A stretch of 55,881 nucleotides of DNA from an uncultured bacterium (lineage in GTDB: Bacteria; Hydrogenedentota; Hydrogenedentia; Hydrogenedentales; SLHB01), in contig CALEZK010000602.1 in assembly GCA_937928585.1 (NCBI GenBank), positions 1 to 55,881 on the forward strand, written 5' to 3'. The notes under the pieces are model-generated. The model searched no databases. It was not told the DNA's origin and saw only the letters and a list, made by a program, of their open reading frames with translations. Position numbers and translations under genes: made by a program. Below, in pieces: positions 24,161 through 33,576 of the stretch (position 1 is the first letter of the stretch; each line of letters begins with the position of its first letter).

Positions 24161-24766
24161 ATGCTTGAAGGAAACGTGCTAGTTCTGAATAAGTCGTGGG
24201 CGGCGGTTCACATCGCTTCGGCCCGGCGTGCGTTTACGCTTCTATACATTGGCGCGGCCCGAGCCGTGCACCCGCATAATTTCTCGCTTCATACGTTCGA
24301 GGATTGGGTGAGGCTTTCTCAGAACGGCATGGGAGGGCAGTACATTCACACGACGAATCTGCGTATTCGCGTGCCGGAAGTAATTCTCCTGTCCCTCTTC
24401 AATGGGTTTATCCACCACGAAGTTCGTTTTTCGCGGCAAAGCATTTTTGAGCGGGACAAGGGCACGTGCCAGTACTGCGGCAAGCATTTTTCGCGTGGGC
24501 AACTGACAATCGATCACGTGATGCCACAATCGCGCGGGGGAGGGGATTCCTGGGAGAATCTCGTGTTGGCGTGCCTTCACTGCAACGTGAAAAAAGGGAA
24601 TCGCACGCCGGACGAGGCGAATATGCCGCTGCTGAAGCGGCCATTCAAGCCGGCGTGGATGCCGCACTTCGGCGCGCGCGTTCCGCAGGACCAGCTCGCG
24701 GTGTGGAAGAAGTTTGTGGATACCTCGCACTGGAGCGCGCCATCGCGCGAAACTGCCGCTTCCTAA
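24161..24766 (+). CDS. HNH endonuclease
   Basis: I place the start at MLEGNVLVLNKSW. The HNH core reads CQYCGKHFSRGQLTIDHVMPQSRGGGDSWENLVLACLHCNVKKGNRTP. Confidence 0.8.
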   Translation: MLEGNVLVLNKSWAAVHIASARRAFTLLYIGAARAVHPHNFSLHTFEDWVRLSQNGMGGQYIHTTNLRIRVPEVILLSLFNGFIHHEVRFSRQSIFERDKGTCQYCGKHFSRGQLTIDHVMPQSRGGGDSWENLVLACLHCNVKKGNRTPDEANMPLLKRPFKPAWMPHFGARVPQDQLAVWKKFVDTSHWSAPSRETAAS

Positions 24767-24931
24767 CGCCTTCGACGAGAAGCGCCCACCTGAAATCGGC
24801 TGTTTCCTTTTGAACTTTGGGATGGCCTGCGGCAATCCCGTTCGTCCGCGAGCTGCCACAGCCCAGAGAAAACATACTGCCCTGGCGCTTACGGCTTCCT
24901 CCTGTGGACCGGTATAATTCGGGCCTGGAAA

Positions 24932-27475
24932 GTGCGGGGTGCTGTGGAACAGGTCGATTTACAGGACAATCTTGAGGCGGAAGCTGCCGCATCGGTGTGC
25001 CGTGGGGATGACGGGCCTGCCGGTGCCAGCGCTTTTGCGCAGGTGGTGCTTCCCATCGCGCTGGATCAGGCGTTTACTTATTCGGTTCCCGCAGCGTTGC
25101 GCCATCGGGTTGCCGTGGGCATGCGGGTCGTTGTGCCGTTTCAGAAGCGCGTCGAGACAGGGACGATCGTGGGGTTGGTGGAAACTTCAGACGTCGACGG
25201 TGTGCGCGCGATCGTCGATCTTCCGGATGAAGGCCCCATTTTCTCGGGCGAACTCCTCGATCTCTGCAAATGGATGTCGGAATATTACTGCTGCGCGTGG
25301 GGCGAGGCCCTGCAATCGGCGGTGCCGGCGGGTATTGCGATTCGGTCAAAGATGCGGTATTCGCTGGTATTGGGCGCGCTGGGTGCGGGCCGATACACCG
25401 ATCGTCAGCGCAACGTAATCGCCGCGTTGCACAGCCAGGGACCTCTTTCGGAACGCCAACTCGCAAAGATTGCGGGGCCTACGGCTTTGAGCAATACGCT
25501 GCGCTCGCTCTTGGCGCGTGGCGTAATCCTTGCCGAACCACTTGCTACCGCGGCGAGTGTTTCAATTGCGACGGAGACTTGGGTGCGGGTCGTGGAGAAC
25601 GCGGTACCTTCCCAGGACGACCTTGCTGCGTTGCAGCGCCGCGCGCCGCGTCAGGCCGCGGTGTTGCTCGATCTGCTGAACAACGAAGCGGAACGATCGG
25701 CACCCGCGTTATATGAGAAGCATGGCATCGATTCATCCGTCCTGCGGCAGCTGGAAAAGCGGGGCGTCATTGAGCGGTTTGAACGCGAGTTCTATCGTGC
25801 TCCGGATCTTCACGGCGATGGACGCGCCAATCTTAAACACGATCTAAATGACGATCAGCGCAGCGCGTACGAGGCCTTGGTGAGCGCGATGGATGCGTCG
25901 GCGTTTCAGACCTATCTCTTGCAGGGCATCACGGGGAGCGGCAAGACGGAAGTCTATCTGCAGGCGATTGAACATGCGCTTGCGTTGAATCGCACGGCGA
26001 TTATTCTGGTGCCGGAAATCTCGTTAACGCCTCAGACTGTTGGGCGTTTCAAGGCGCGGTTCGACACGGATATTGCGGTCTTGCACAGCGGATTGGGCGC
26101 GGGAGAACGCTACGACGAATGGCGACGCGCACAACGGGGCGAGGTGCGCATTGTCGTCGGCGCGCGCTCGGCAATCTTCGCGCCGCTGCCGCGCCTGGGC
26201 ATCGTCGTGGTGGATGAAGAACATGATTCGTCGTACAAGCAGAGCGAATCACCGCGCTATCATGCGCGCGATGTGGCGATCATGCGCGCGAAGTTGAATA
26301 ACGCCGTGTGTGTGCTGGGCTCGGCGACTCCATCCATTGAGTCGTATCACAACAGTGAATCGGGAAAATCCGTGCGCATTGTGTTGCATCGGCGCGCGAC
26401 GAAAGCACTGCTTCCAGAAGTTGAACTTGTGGACATGCGCATGGAGAACCGGGAAGCCGGCGCGCAGATCATGGTGTCGCGGCGACTGGAGGAGGAAATC
26501 GGCGCGCGACTGTCTTCCGGTGATCAGGTCCTGCTCCTGCTGAACCGGCGGGGGTTTGCGCCGTTCGTGTTGTGTCCAAAATGCGGTTGGTGCGCGGAGT
26601 GTCCGGATTGCAATGTGACTTTGACGTATCACGCGAAGGGTGCCTTTCTAAGTTGCCACTATTGCAATGGTCGTCGTGATGTGCCGCTCGTTTGCGACAA
26701 ATGTTTTTTCAATCCGCTGTTGTACCTCGGCATGGGCACGCAGAAAGTTGAGGACTATTTGCAGCAGGCGTTCCCAAGCGCGCGCATCGAGCGGATGGAC
26801 GCGGACACAACGAGCGGCAAGGGTGGTCACGCGAAAATATTGGGGCGGCTCGCCGCGGGGGAGATCGACGTGCTCGTGGGCACGCAGATGATCGCGAAGG
26901 GCCACGACTATCCAGGCGTGACGCTCGTGGGCGTGATTCATGCGGACACGGGTCTGGGTCTGCCGGATTTTCGCGCGGCTGAAACAACCTTTCAGTTGCT
27001 CACACAGGTCGCGGGGCGCGCGGGGCGCGGCGATAAGCCGGGCAAGGTGCTGATTCAGACGTTTCGACCAAACCATTATGCGGTGAAGGCCGCGGCGCAA
27101 CACGACTACGCCGCGTTTTACGCGCGCGAGATTCAGGAACGGGACGCCGCGAAGTATCCGCCGTTTCGTCGGATGGCAAATCTCATGATCGAATGCGAAG
27201 ACCCGGAACTCGCGCAACGGTGCGCGGGCATCCTGCATCGCATCGCGCGAGAGCAGATAACGGCATTGGGTTTTGACGGCCTCGAAACACTTGGGCCATC
27301 CCCGGCGACCATTCGCCGCATCAAAAAGTTGTATCGATGGAATCTGGGGTTACTTTCGAAGAGTTCCAAGCGATTGAATGCGCTCAGCCGCATCATTCGG
27401 GAGCAATACGCGCAGAATCCGAATACGGGAAAGACGAAGCTGAAAATCGACCTGGATCCGCATGGGATGTATTAG
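24932..27475 (+). CDS. priA: primosomal protein N' (replication restart helicase PriA)
   Basis: The N-terminal 3'-DNA-binding region reads VVLPIALDQAFTYSVP. Walker A is GITGSGKTE and the DEAH-like box is VVDEEHD. The Cys-rich insert reads CPKCGWCAECPDCNVTLTYH...CHYC. The start codon is uncertain (GTG 24932 as listed). Confidence 0.9.
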   Translation: MRGAVEQVDLQDNLEAEAAASVCRGDDGPAGASAFAQVVLPIALDQAFTYSVPAALRHRVAVGMRVVVPFQKRVETGTIVGLVETSDVDGVRAIVDLPDEGPIFSGELLDLCKWMSEYYCCAWGEALQSAVPAGIAIRSKMRYSLVLGALGAGRYTDRQRNVIAALHSQGPLSERQLAKIAGPTALSNTLRSLLARGVILAEPLATAASVSIATETWVRVVENAVPSQDDLAALQRRAPRQAAVLLDLLNNEAERSAPALYEKHGIDSSVLRQLEKRGVIERFEREFYRAPDLHGDGRANLKHDLNDDQRSAYEALVSAMDASAFQTYLLQGITGSGKTEVYLQAIEHALALNRTAIILVPEISLTPQTVGRFKARFDTDIAVLHSGLGAGERYDEWRRAQRGEVRIVVGARSAIFAPLPRLGIVVVDEEHDSSYKQSESPRYHARDVAIMRAKLNNAVCVLGSATPSIESYHNSESGKSVRIVLHRRATKALLPEVELVDMRMENREAGAQIMVSRRLEEEIGARLSSGDQVLLLLNRRGFAPFVLCPKCGWCAECPDCNVTLTYHAKGAFLSCHYCNGRRDVPLVCDKCFFNPLLYLGMGTQKVEDYLQQAFPSARIERMDADTTSGKGGHAKILGRLAAGEIDVLVGTQMIAKGHDYPGVTLVGVIHADTGLGLPDFRAAETTFQLLTQVAGRAGRGDKPGKVLIQTFRPNHYAVKAAAQHDYAAFYAREIQERDAAKYPPFRRMANLMIECEDPELAQRCAGILHRIAREQITALGFDGLETLGPSPATIRRIKKLYRWNLGLLSKSSKRLNALSRIIREQYAQNPNTGKTKLKIDLDPHGMY

Positions 27476-27571
27476 GCGCGCCCGCGACGCGCGCGACGAT
27501 GTATCGAACCAATTGTTATACTATCAGCGACTACTGGGCAATATTTCGCTTTTCTCAACCGGGGAATACTC

Positions 27572-29875
27572 ATGATTCGGAATGCATTGATTATCACATT
27601 CGCGATTGTGCTGTGCAGTTGCGCAACAGCGCCGAACGTTGGGCACGGTCCGTCGCCGTTTGTGGTGGCCAAGGAAGGGGTTGCGGCGTGCCGGATTGTT
27701 GTCGGCGCGGAGGCGCCGCCTTCCACGAAGTATGCGGCGGAAGAGCTGCAACGGTTCCTGGGCGAGATTACGGGCGCTACGTTCGAGGTGGTTCCTGATA
27801 CGGTGCCGTTGGGGAAGAATGACATCATCGTTGGGTGTAACCGTCACTTTGACAAGATAAAGAAAGATGCCGCGCTGTACGAGAACCTGGGCACTGAAGG
27901 CTATGCCATTCAGAATACGTCCGGGCATCTGCTGATTGCCGGCGGCGAGCCCCGCGGAACGCTCTACGGTGTATACGCCTTGTTGGAAGAGCGCTTGGGC
28001 TGCCGTTGGTTTACGCCGACGGTCAGTCGCATTCCCAAGCAGCCGACATTGTCTATTGCGATATCAACGCATCGCGCAGTGCCGAAGTTGGAGTATCGGG
28101 AACCGTTTGTGGCGGACTGCTTCGATGGCGATTGGGCTGCGCGCAACCGCATGAACAGCAGCACGGCGCGTCTTGAAGAAAAGCACGGTGGCAAGGTTAC
28201 GTATCACGGGTTCGTGCATACGTTTGAAAGTCTCGTGCCGCCGGACACTTATTTTGATACGCATCCCGAGTATTTTTCGCTGGTGAAGGGCGAGCGCCTC
28301 AAAGTACGGTCGCAGTTGTGTTGCACGAACGAGGAAGTGATTCAGATCATCATCGATCAGATTCACAAGCGGATGCGCGATAATCCCGACGCGACCGTGT
28401 TCTCCGTGTCGCAGAACGACTGGCTGAATTATTGCGAGTGCGAACCGTGCACCGCGCTTGCCACGGCGGAAGGCAGCCAGATTGCGCCGGTGCTGCAATT
28501 GGTGAACCGCGTCGCGAAATCGGTCGCTCAGGAGTTTCCGGACAAGTTAATCGATACGCTCGCGTATCAATACACGCGCAAACCGCCGAAGACGATGCGC
28601 GCGGAACCGAACGTGATCATTCGCTTGTGCAGCATTGAGTGCTGTTTCTCGCATTCGTTCGTGGCATGCGACAGCCCTGAGAATATTGCGTTCGAGCAGG
28701 ACGTGATTGAATGGGGGAAAATATGCAACCGGCTTTGGGTGTGGAACTACAACACATCTTTTGCGGACTATTTCATGCCGTACCCGAATTTGCGCGTGCG
28801 CAACGACAACATTCGGTTTTTCTCCGAGAACAATGTAAAGGGGATCTTTGAGCAGGACGTTTATACGACGGTGAACGGCGAATTATCCGGATTAAGCGGC
28901 TATCTCAATGCGAAGATGTTGTGGGACTATAATTACGACGAAGATACCGCCATCAACGAATTCCTCGATGCGGTCTATGGAAAAGCCGCGCCCAGCATTC
29001 GCGAATACATCGATCTGCTGCACAATCGCGTCGAGGCCGGCAACATTCACATGGACATCTGGATTGGGCCGCAGCATCCGCTGCTGGACCATGGCGTGTT
29101 GGAACTGGCGGACCACATCTGGGACGAAGCGGAATCGCGCGTGGCAGATGAGCCGGAGGTGCTTGAGCGCGTGCGCGCGGCGCGGTTGAGCCTGGATTTC
29201 GCCATCATCGAACGCGAGCGCACCGAAGGGCTGCGGCTTTACGAGATCGATCAGCATGCGCGCACGCTCAGGGTGAAACCGGAGTTTGCGGCGCGCGTGC
29301 AGCGCTTCTTCGAGGTTGCGGAACGCAGCGGCGTAACCAACCTGCGCGAGCATCGGGGCGCACTGGATGAGTACCGAAAGCAACTGGACAAGTATCAGAC
29401 CATTGTCGGCGGGCCAACACGCGATGCGGTGAAGGTGAGCGGCCTGAAACCTGGTCTGCGTTTCCGCGGATACGACGGCGTATGGGAGCAAGTGCCCGAC
29501 TTCGCGACGTTGAAACCGGTCGAGGATGGTGTTGCGAACGCGATTGGTCTGAGCGTTACCCAACGGCGCGAAGCACTGGGTTTGGCGTTCAACGGTTATC
29601 TTCATGCGCCGGTCGACGGCATATATCTTTTTCATTTGCGATCAAACGATGGCAGCAAGATGTATCTCGGCGATGAATTACTGATCGACAACGACGGCTT
29701 GCACAAGATTGAAGTGCAGTCAGGAATTGTGACGCTGAAGCGTGGTTATCATCCGGTCAGAGTCGAGTATTTCGAAAGTGGCGGCCAGGAGGGGCTCGAC
29801 CTTTTCATCGAAGGTCCCGGCATAGAGAAACAAGCTGTGCCAGCGTCGATGATGTGGCATTCCACGCGGGATTGA
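27572..29875 (+). CDS. DUF4838-family lipoprotein (glycoside-hydrolase-like) with a C-terminal PA14 domain
   Basis: It has a lipoprotein-like signal (ITFAIVLCSC). The DUF4838 hallmark GTLYGVYALLEERLGCRWFTP is present. The C-terminal PA14-like segment reads GLRFRGYDG...FNGYLHAPVDGIYLFHLRSNDGSKMYLGDELLIDNDG. Confidence 0.7.
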   Translation: MIRNALIITFAIVLCSCATAPNVGHGPSPFVVAKEGVAACRIVVGAEAPPSTKYAAEELQRFLGEITGATFEVVPDTVPLGKNDIIVGCNRHFDKIKKDAALYENLGTEGYAIQNTSGHLLIAGGEPRGTLYGVYALLEERLGCRWFTPTVSRIPKQPTLSIAISTHRAVPKLEYREPFVADCFDGDWAARNRMNSSTARLEEKHGGKVTYHGFVHTFESLVPPDTYFDTHPEYFSLVKGERLKVRSQLCCTNEEVIQIIIDQIHKRMRDNPDATVFSVSQNDWLNYCECEPCTALATAEGSQIAPVLQLVNRVAKSVAQEFPDKLIDTLAYQYTRKPPKTMRAEPNVIIRLCSIECCFSHSFVACDSPENIAFEQDVIEWGKICNRLWVWNYNTSFADYFMPYPNLRVRNDNIRFFSENNVKGIFEQDVYTTVNGELSGLSGYLNAKMLWDYNYDEDTAINEFLDAVYGKAAPSIREYIDLLHNRVEAGNIHMDIWIGPQHPLLDHGVLELADHIWDEAESRVADEPEVLERVRAARLSLDFAIIERERTEGLRLYEIDQHARTLRVKPEFAARVQRFFEVAERSGVTNLREHRGALDEYRKQLDKYQTIVGGPTRDAVKVSGLKPGLRFRGYDGVWEQVPDFATLKPVEDGVANAIGLSVTQRREALGLAFNGYLHAPVDGIYLFHLRSNDGSKMYLGDELLIDNDGLHKIEVQSGIVTLKRGYHPVRVEYFESGGQEGLDLFIEGPGIEKQAVPASMMWHSTRD

Positions 29876-29944
29876 GCGTTGGCAATCGAGGCAACCTGTG
29901 GCGACGATCGCTCGAACCTTTGCGAGTAGCAATTTCAGTTCGTT

Positions 29945-32131
29945 CTAGCAGAATCGCAGGGATGCGCAGTTCGTTTGCAGGTAGACCTTCTCGATCAGGT
30001 TTACGAGCGATTCCGGGGAAGGCTCCGCATCGCCGAGGGAAACATTGGATACCGCCGGCGAGGACAATTCGCCATTCAAGGCGCCTTCAATGCGCAATTG
30101 CTCCATGGGCGTCAAGGTGCCGCCGCAGGTAACGCCGGGCGTGTAGGTGGCATCGCGTGTGACGACATCGCTCTTGACGAAGGCGTGCAGGTTCGGCGTA
30201 TTGGCTTGCAGGTCCAGCGCCGCGAACCTGCGCGCACAGCGGCCGTCGTGGTCCGCTCCGAGTGTAACGCGCACCTGTTCGTTTGCGCCGGCAATCTGCG
30301 CCTCATGGCGCGCGCGCTGGAGCAGCCGCTGCGCGACTTCAACGGTTGCCTTTGAATTGCGCAATTCTTCGCCGGTGATCAGTTGCGCGCATTCATTCAG
30401 GCCGGTTACCCTCACTTCGTAGCGAATCATATTTTGATCAAGATACGGCGTCGAGCTGTCGCGAAACGCGAGCACGGCCATCGGACCAACGCCGCCGAAT
30501 GCGAACAGGTGTTCGATAAAGCGCTTTCGTTCTGCCAAAGCAGTCACGGCAACTTGAAGGATCCGCGCGATTGCATCGCCTGCGTCTGATTCGGAGGTTG
30601 CGGTGGCAGCGGCACGCGGCAGGTTAATTGTCACTGCGCCGCCCACGACATCGCGCGCGGACCACGTGTCGGTTTCGGGCGCATGCTCCAAGCCGCGCAC
30701 AAACCGCAGCACCATGCGCATACGTCGCGCATGTGTGGACAAAAGCCTGCCGAGCCAGTCGCGAAACGCGGAATCTTGCAATGCGTCGGCGGTCACGGGG
30801 ACGGCGACAGTCGGCTCGCCGAAATCGCTGATGCTGTCCATCGCGTTACCCCATGCCTGCGCAAAAGACTGCGCGAACTTGCGCGAAGCGCCATCGGCAG
30901 CGGGCCATTCCAACTCGACTTCGGGTGGATGCGTCTCGCTTGGCGCAGTCAGGGCAATAAGCGAAAGTCGCGCTATGCGGTTGCATTCCGCGCGCGCCGG
31001 CTCCGGAATCATGGATCCAATTGCGTGATTAAACGTCGACCATCGGACCGGCTCGACAAAATGCCGTTGCAACGCGGGCGAGAAACGGTTCGCGAGCAGC
31101 AGCAGCGATTCCGGCGAATTGGGCGGCGGCGCAAATCGGCTGCCAGCGTACATTGCGAGGCCGAATCGCTTTAAGAACGCCAGCGAATGCGCTGCGTTCC
31201 GCAGTCGATCAATATGCGCGAGGTCGTGAATATGCATGTCGCCGCGCAGGTGCGCGTCCGTTGCTTCCGCGGAGTGGACTGTTGATAAAGCAAACTCGCG
31301 CTTCACCCGGCGCGCCAGCGCTATATCGGTCGAGGCGGGATCTTGAATGCCTTCCTGTTCGCCCTGATTTGGCGTGCAGATGATGCGCTCGGTGTCGTAC
31401 AGGGGCACGCCGAGGCGCATATGGCGGCCCCGGTATGCTTCCAATCCCAGCTCAACGAGCCGGGCATCCACCAGCTCACGCACGAGCGCGGCGGTGAGCG
31501 TGGTCATGCCCGCGCGCGCGATCTGTTGTTCGACGTCGCGCGCCACGGATTGGGCAGCTTCCCTCGGCATTCTTGCCTCGCGAACAAGCGCTTCCACAAT
31601 GCGATCCCTATCCCAGCTCCCCAGGCGTTCGTCACTGTTGCGCACAAAGAGAGGGCGAACGATGGTCGATTGCAGGGTTTCATTCTGGCGGTGCGCGTCA
31701 TCGAGTTCTGTGAGGATGGCTTCGACATCGCCGGCACGCAGCGCGCGCTGGTGCGAGCGGCGCACGCGATAACGCATGTATGCGCGGGCCGTGCGCGCGT
31801 GGCCCATCTCGAGCAACACGCGTTCGACGGCATCGTGGACCTGATCGACCGTGGGCACCGCACCGTTCAAGAGTTTGGCGAGATATATCGTCACGCCCGA
31901 GGCAAGACTGTTCGCACGGTCGCGGTCTTCCCCGCCGATGGCCTGGGCTGCCTTGAATATGGCATCCCCAATCTTGTGTTGCTCGAACGGGGCCTCGCTG
32001 CCGTCCCGCTTCAGAATCGACGATATGGGCGCGGGAGCCTCGGCATACGGTACCGAAAAGGAAAGCTGGGCATCGAAAGCGCCCTCGCGCGGTCCTGATT
32101 CGGAAAAAAGATTGTCGTCAGACAGACTCAT
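29945..32131 (-). CDS. class III (NrdD-like) ribonucleotide reductase homologue with two ATP-cones and no visible glycyl-radical/Zn-ribbon C-terminus
   Basis: There are two ATP-cone-like segments (ILKRDGSEAPFEQHKIGDAIF... and VRNSDERLGSWDRDRIVEALV...). The NrdD-like GDMHIHDL motif is present. The protein ends shortly after TYTPGV...SLVNLIEKVYLQTN. I found no RxCGY-type motif and no terminal CxxC pairs. Confidence 0.55.
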   Translation of the reverse strand: MSLSDDNLFSESGPREGAFDAQLSFSVPYAEAPAPISSILKRDGSEAPFEQHKIGDAIFKAAQAIGGEDRDRANSLASGVTIYLAKLLNGAVPTVDQVHDAVERVLLEMGHARTARAYMRYRVRRSHQRALRAGDVEAILTELDDAHRQNETLQSTIVRPLFVRNSDERLGSWDRDRIVEALVREARMPREAAQSVARDVEQQIARAGMTTLTAALVRELVDARLVELGLEAYRGRHMRLGVPLYDTERIICTPNQGEQEGIQDPASTDIALARRVKREFALSTVHSAEATDAHLRGDMHIHDLAHIDRLRNAAHSLAFLKRFGLAMYAGSRFAPPPNSPESLLLLANRFSPALQRHFVEPVRWSTFNHAIGSMIPEPARAECNRIARLSLIALTAPSETHPPEVELEWPAADGASRKFAQSFAQAWGNAMDSISDFGEPTVAVPVTADALQDSAFRDWLGRLLSTHARRMRMVLRFVRGLEHAPETDTWSARDVVGGAVTINLPRAAATATSESDAGDAIARILQVAVTALAERKRFIEHLFAFGGVGPMAVLAFRDSSTPYLDQNMIRYEVRVTGLNECAQLITGEELRNSKATVEVAQRLLQRARHEAQIAGANEQVRVTLGADHDGRCARRFAALDLQANTPNLHAFVKSDVVTRDATYTPGVTCGGTLTPMEQLRIEGALNGELSSPAVSNVSLGDAEPSPESLVNLIEKVYLQTNCASLRFC

Positions 32132-32282
32132 GGCTGGAAATGCACCCCCAAAGGAACGAAATTACCGCTAACCCGAGCGGAGTGTAACGGAAGGTGTGAC
32201 GAAGTGGCAATGGACTTGCGAAAGCCTGGCCGCATGCTATACTGCGTCAGTGTATAATGCGCGGGTTCAATGGAGATCTTTT

Positions 32283-33374
32283 ATGCGTAATCAATTCGTG
32301 GAGATTAGCCCGAATGAACGCATTGCCCTGTTTGACGGTTTACTTTGGCATTTGGAGCGATCCAGAACGTGCATATTGGTGCAGTGTATACCGCTTTCAG
32401 ATTTGGAAGTGCGGAGATCGTCGATGCTTCCGGGAATTCTTGGCCCTGTGATGTTGTCGGTTCTTCAATCGCTCGCTTATGTGTATCTATTTTTTTTCCC
32501 ACTTCTTAAAATTGTGGGAATACTCTATACGTCTGTCTCTGATGCCAACCTCGGCCTTGGTTTGGCCTTCGGCCTTGGTGTGGCAGGGATACTCGGCTCC
32601 GCTTGTCTTATTGCAGGTTTATTAATTCTCGGGCCTAGTATAAACGACTACTTTTCCAAGTATCGGCTCTGGAACTCTTTGCCGGTAACTGTGATGGCAA
32701 GCCGTGAAGAATCGAATTTTGTTAATAAACGAGTGAGTTACATTGGCCCAATTAGGTTCACACATCTCCGCGGAGAGAACAAAGCGCTGGACGCCTTTGT
32801 CGACACGATTAGTGAGAACCAATCAGTCTTAAAGCGTGAAACACCATCCCGCGCCTTTATGGTTTCGATTCCGCTGCCGGGCTTCCAGCAACAACTTTGC
32901 GGCCTGGTGCTTATTTACTGTCCACTTGTGTGCCTTCCTCTGCTACCAGGTCCTTTATCCTATTCTACGGCTCAAATTCTTTGTACTCTCTCTATGCTAG
33001 TGCTGGCCAGCATTCAAGTTGGTATTACGCTTCGGGATAAATTTGGACCCGCCTGGAAGCGCAATATTGACGAGGCTATTTGGGCTCTGAATTTTGAGGA
33101 GGCAGAGGCACTCGTCGAGATTTCAAGCAGCCATAATGAGCGAGAATGTTTGGTAAACCACTATCGCGCTTTGCTCAAAGTTTTGAAAGGCAACATGGAC
33201 GACATTGAATTCGTGGGAAGCAAATTGTCCAAGCTATTGTACAGGCAATTTGGCGGTGAGCTTATGAAACTGTCAGGTGGAGAATCACTCTTTCGATTCG
33301 GAAGTTTCCCACGGGTGGTGTCTCAAAAAGAGCGCTATTCATTAATGCGCACGACCTACCCTGAGGCTGGTTAG
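32283..33374 (+). CDS. hypothetical polytopic membrane protein (orphan, low GC)
   Basis: ATG 32283 is preferred over the listed GTG 32196. It has several hydrophobic segments and a helical C-terminal part. I recognise no family. Confidence 0.45.
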   Translation: MRNQFVEISPNERIALFDGLLWHLERSRTCILVQCIPLSDLEVRRSSMLPGILGPVMLSVLQSLAYVYLFFFPLLKIVGILYTSVSDANLGLGLAFGLGVAGILGSACLIAGLLILGPSINDYFSKYRLWNSLPVTVMASREESNFVNKRVSYIGPIRFTHLRGENKALDAFVDTISENQSVLKRETPSRAFMVSIPLPGFQQQLCGLVLIYCPLVCLPLLPGPLSYSTAQILCTLSMLVLASIQVGITLRDKFGPAWKRNIDEAIWALNFEEAEALVEISSSHNERECLVNHYRALLKVLKGNMDDIEFVGSKLSKLLYRQFGGELMKLSGGESLFRFGSFPRVVSQKERYSLMRTTYPEAG

Positions 33375-33576
33375 CGAAGACTCTTTTCGAATTCCGGCGC
33401 GTCTCGCCATATCGATCCCTTCGCCAATTCTTCCATTATTCTCGGGGTATCGCCTTTTAGACTTTTCCTGAATTTGGAGCAGATTCTCATCATGTGAAAA
33501 CGTGCTCGACTGGACCTGGCAATTCCCATTACGATTACCAGTCTGAGTTTGAACCACGAACTTTGGGGAGGCTGCG

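Noticed and set aside
29720-29932. 70-aa minus-strand ORF just downstream of the NrdD-like gene, as a candidate separate glycyl-radical domain
   Set aside because: It has no RVCGY-like motif or CxxC pairs in the right context, and it lies antisense to the end of the DUF4838/PA14 gene.
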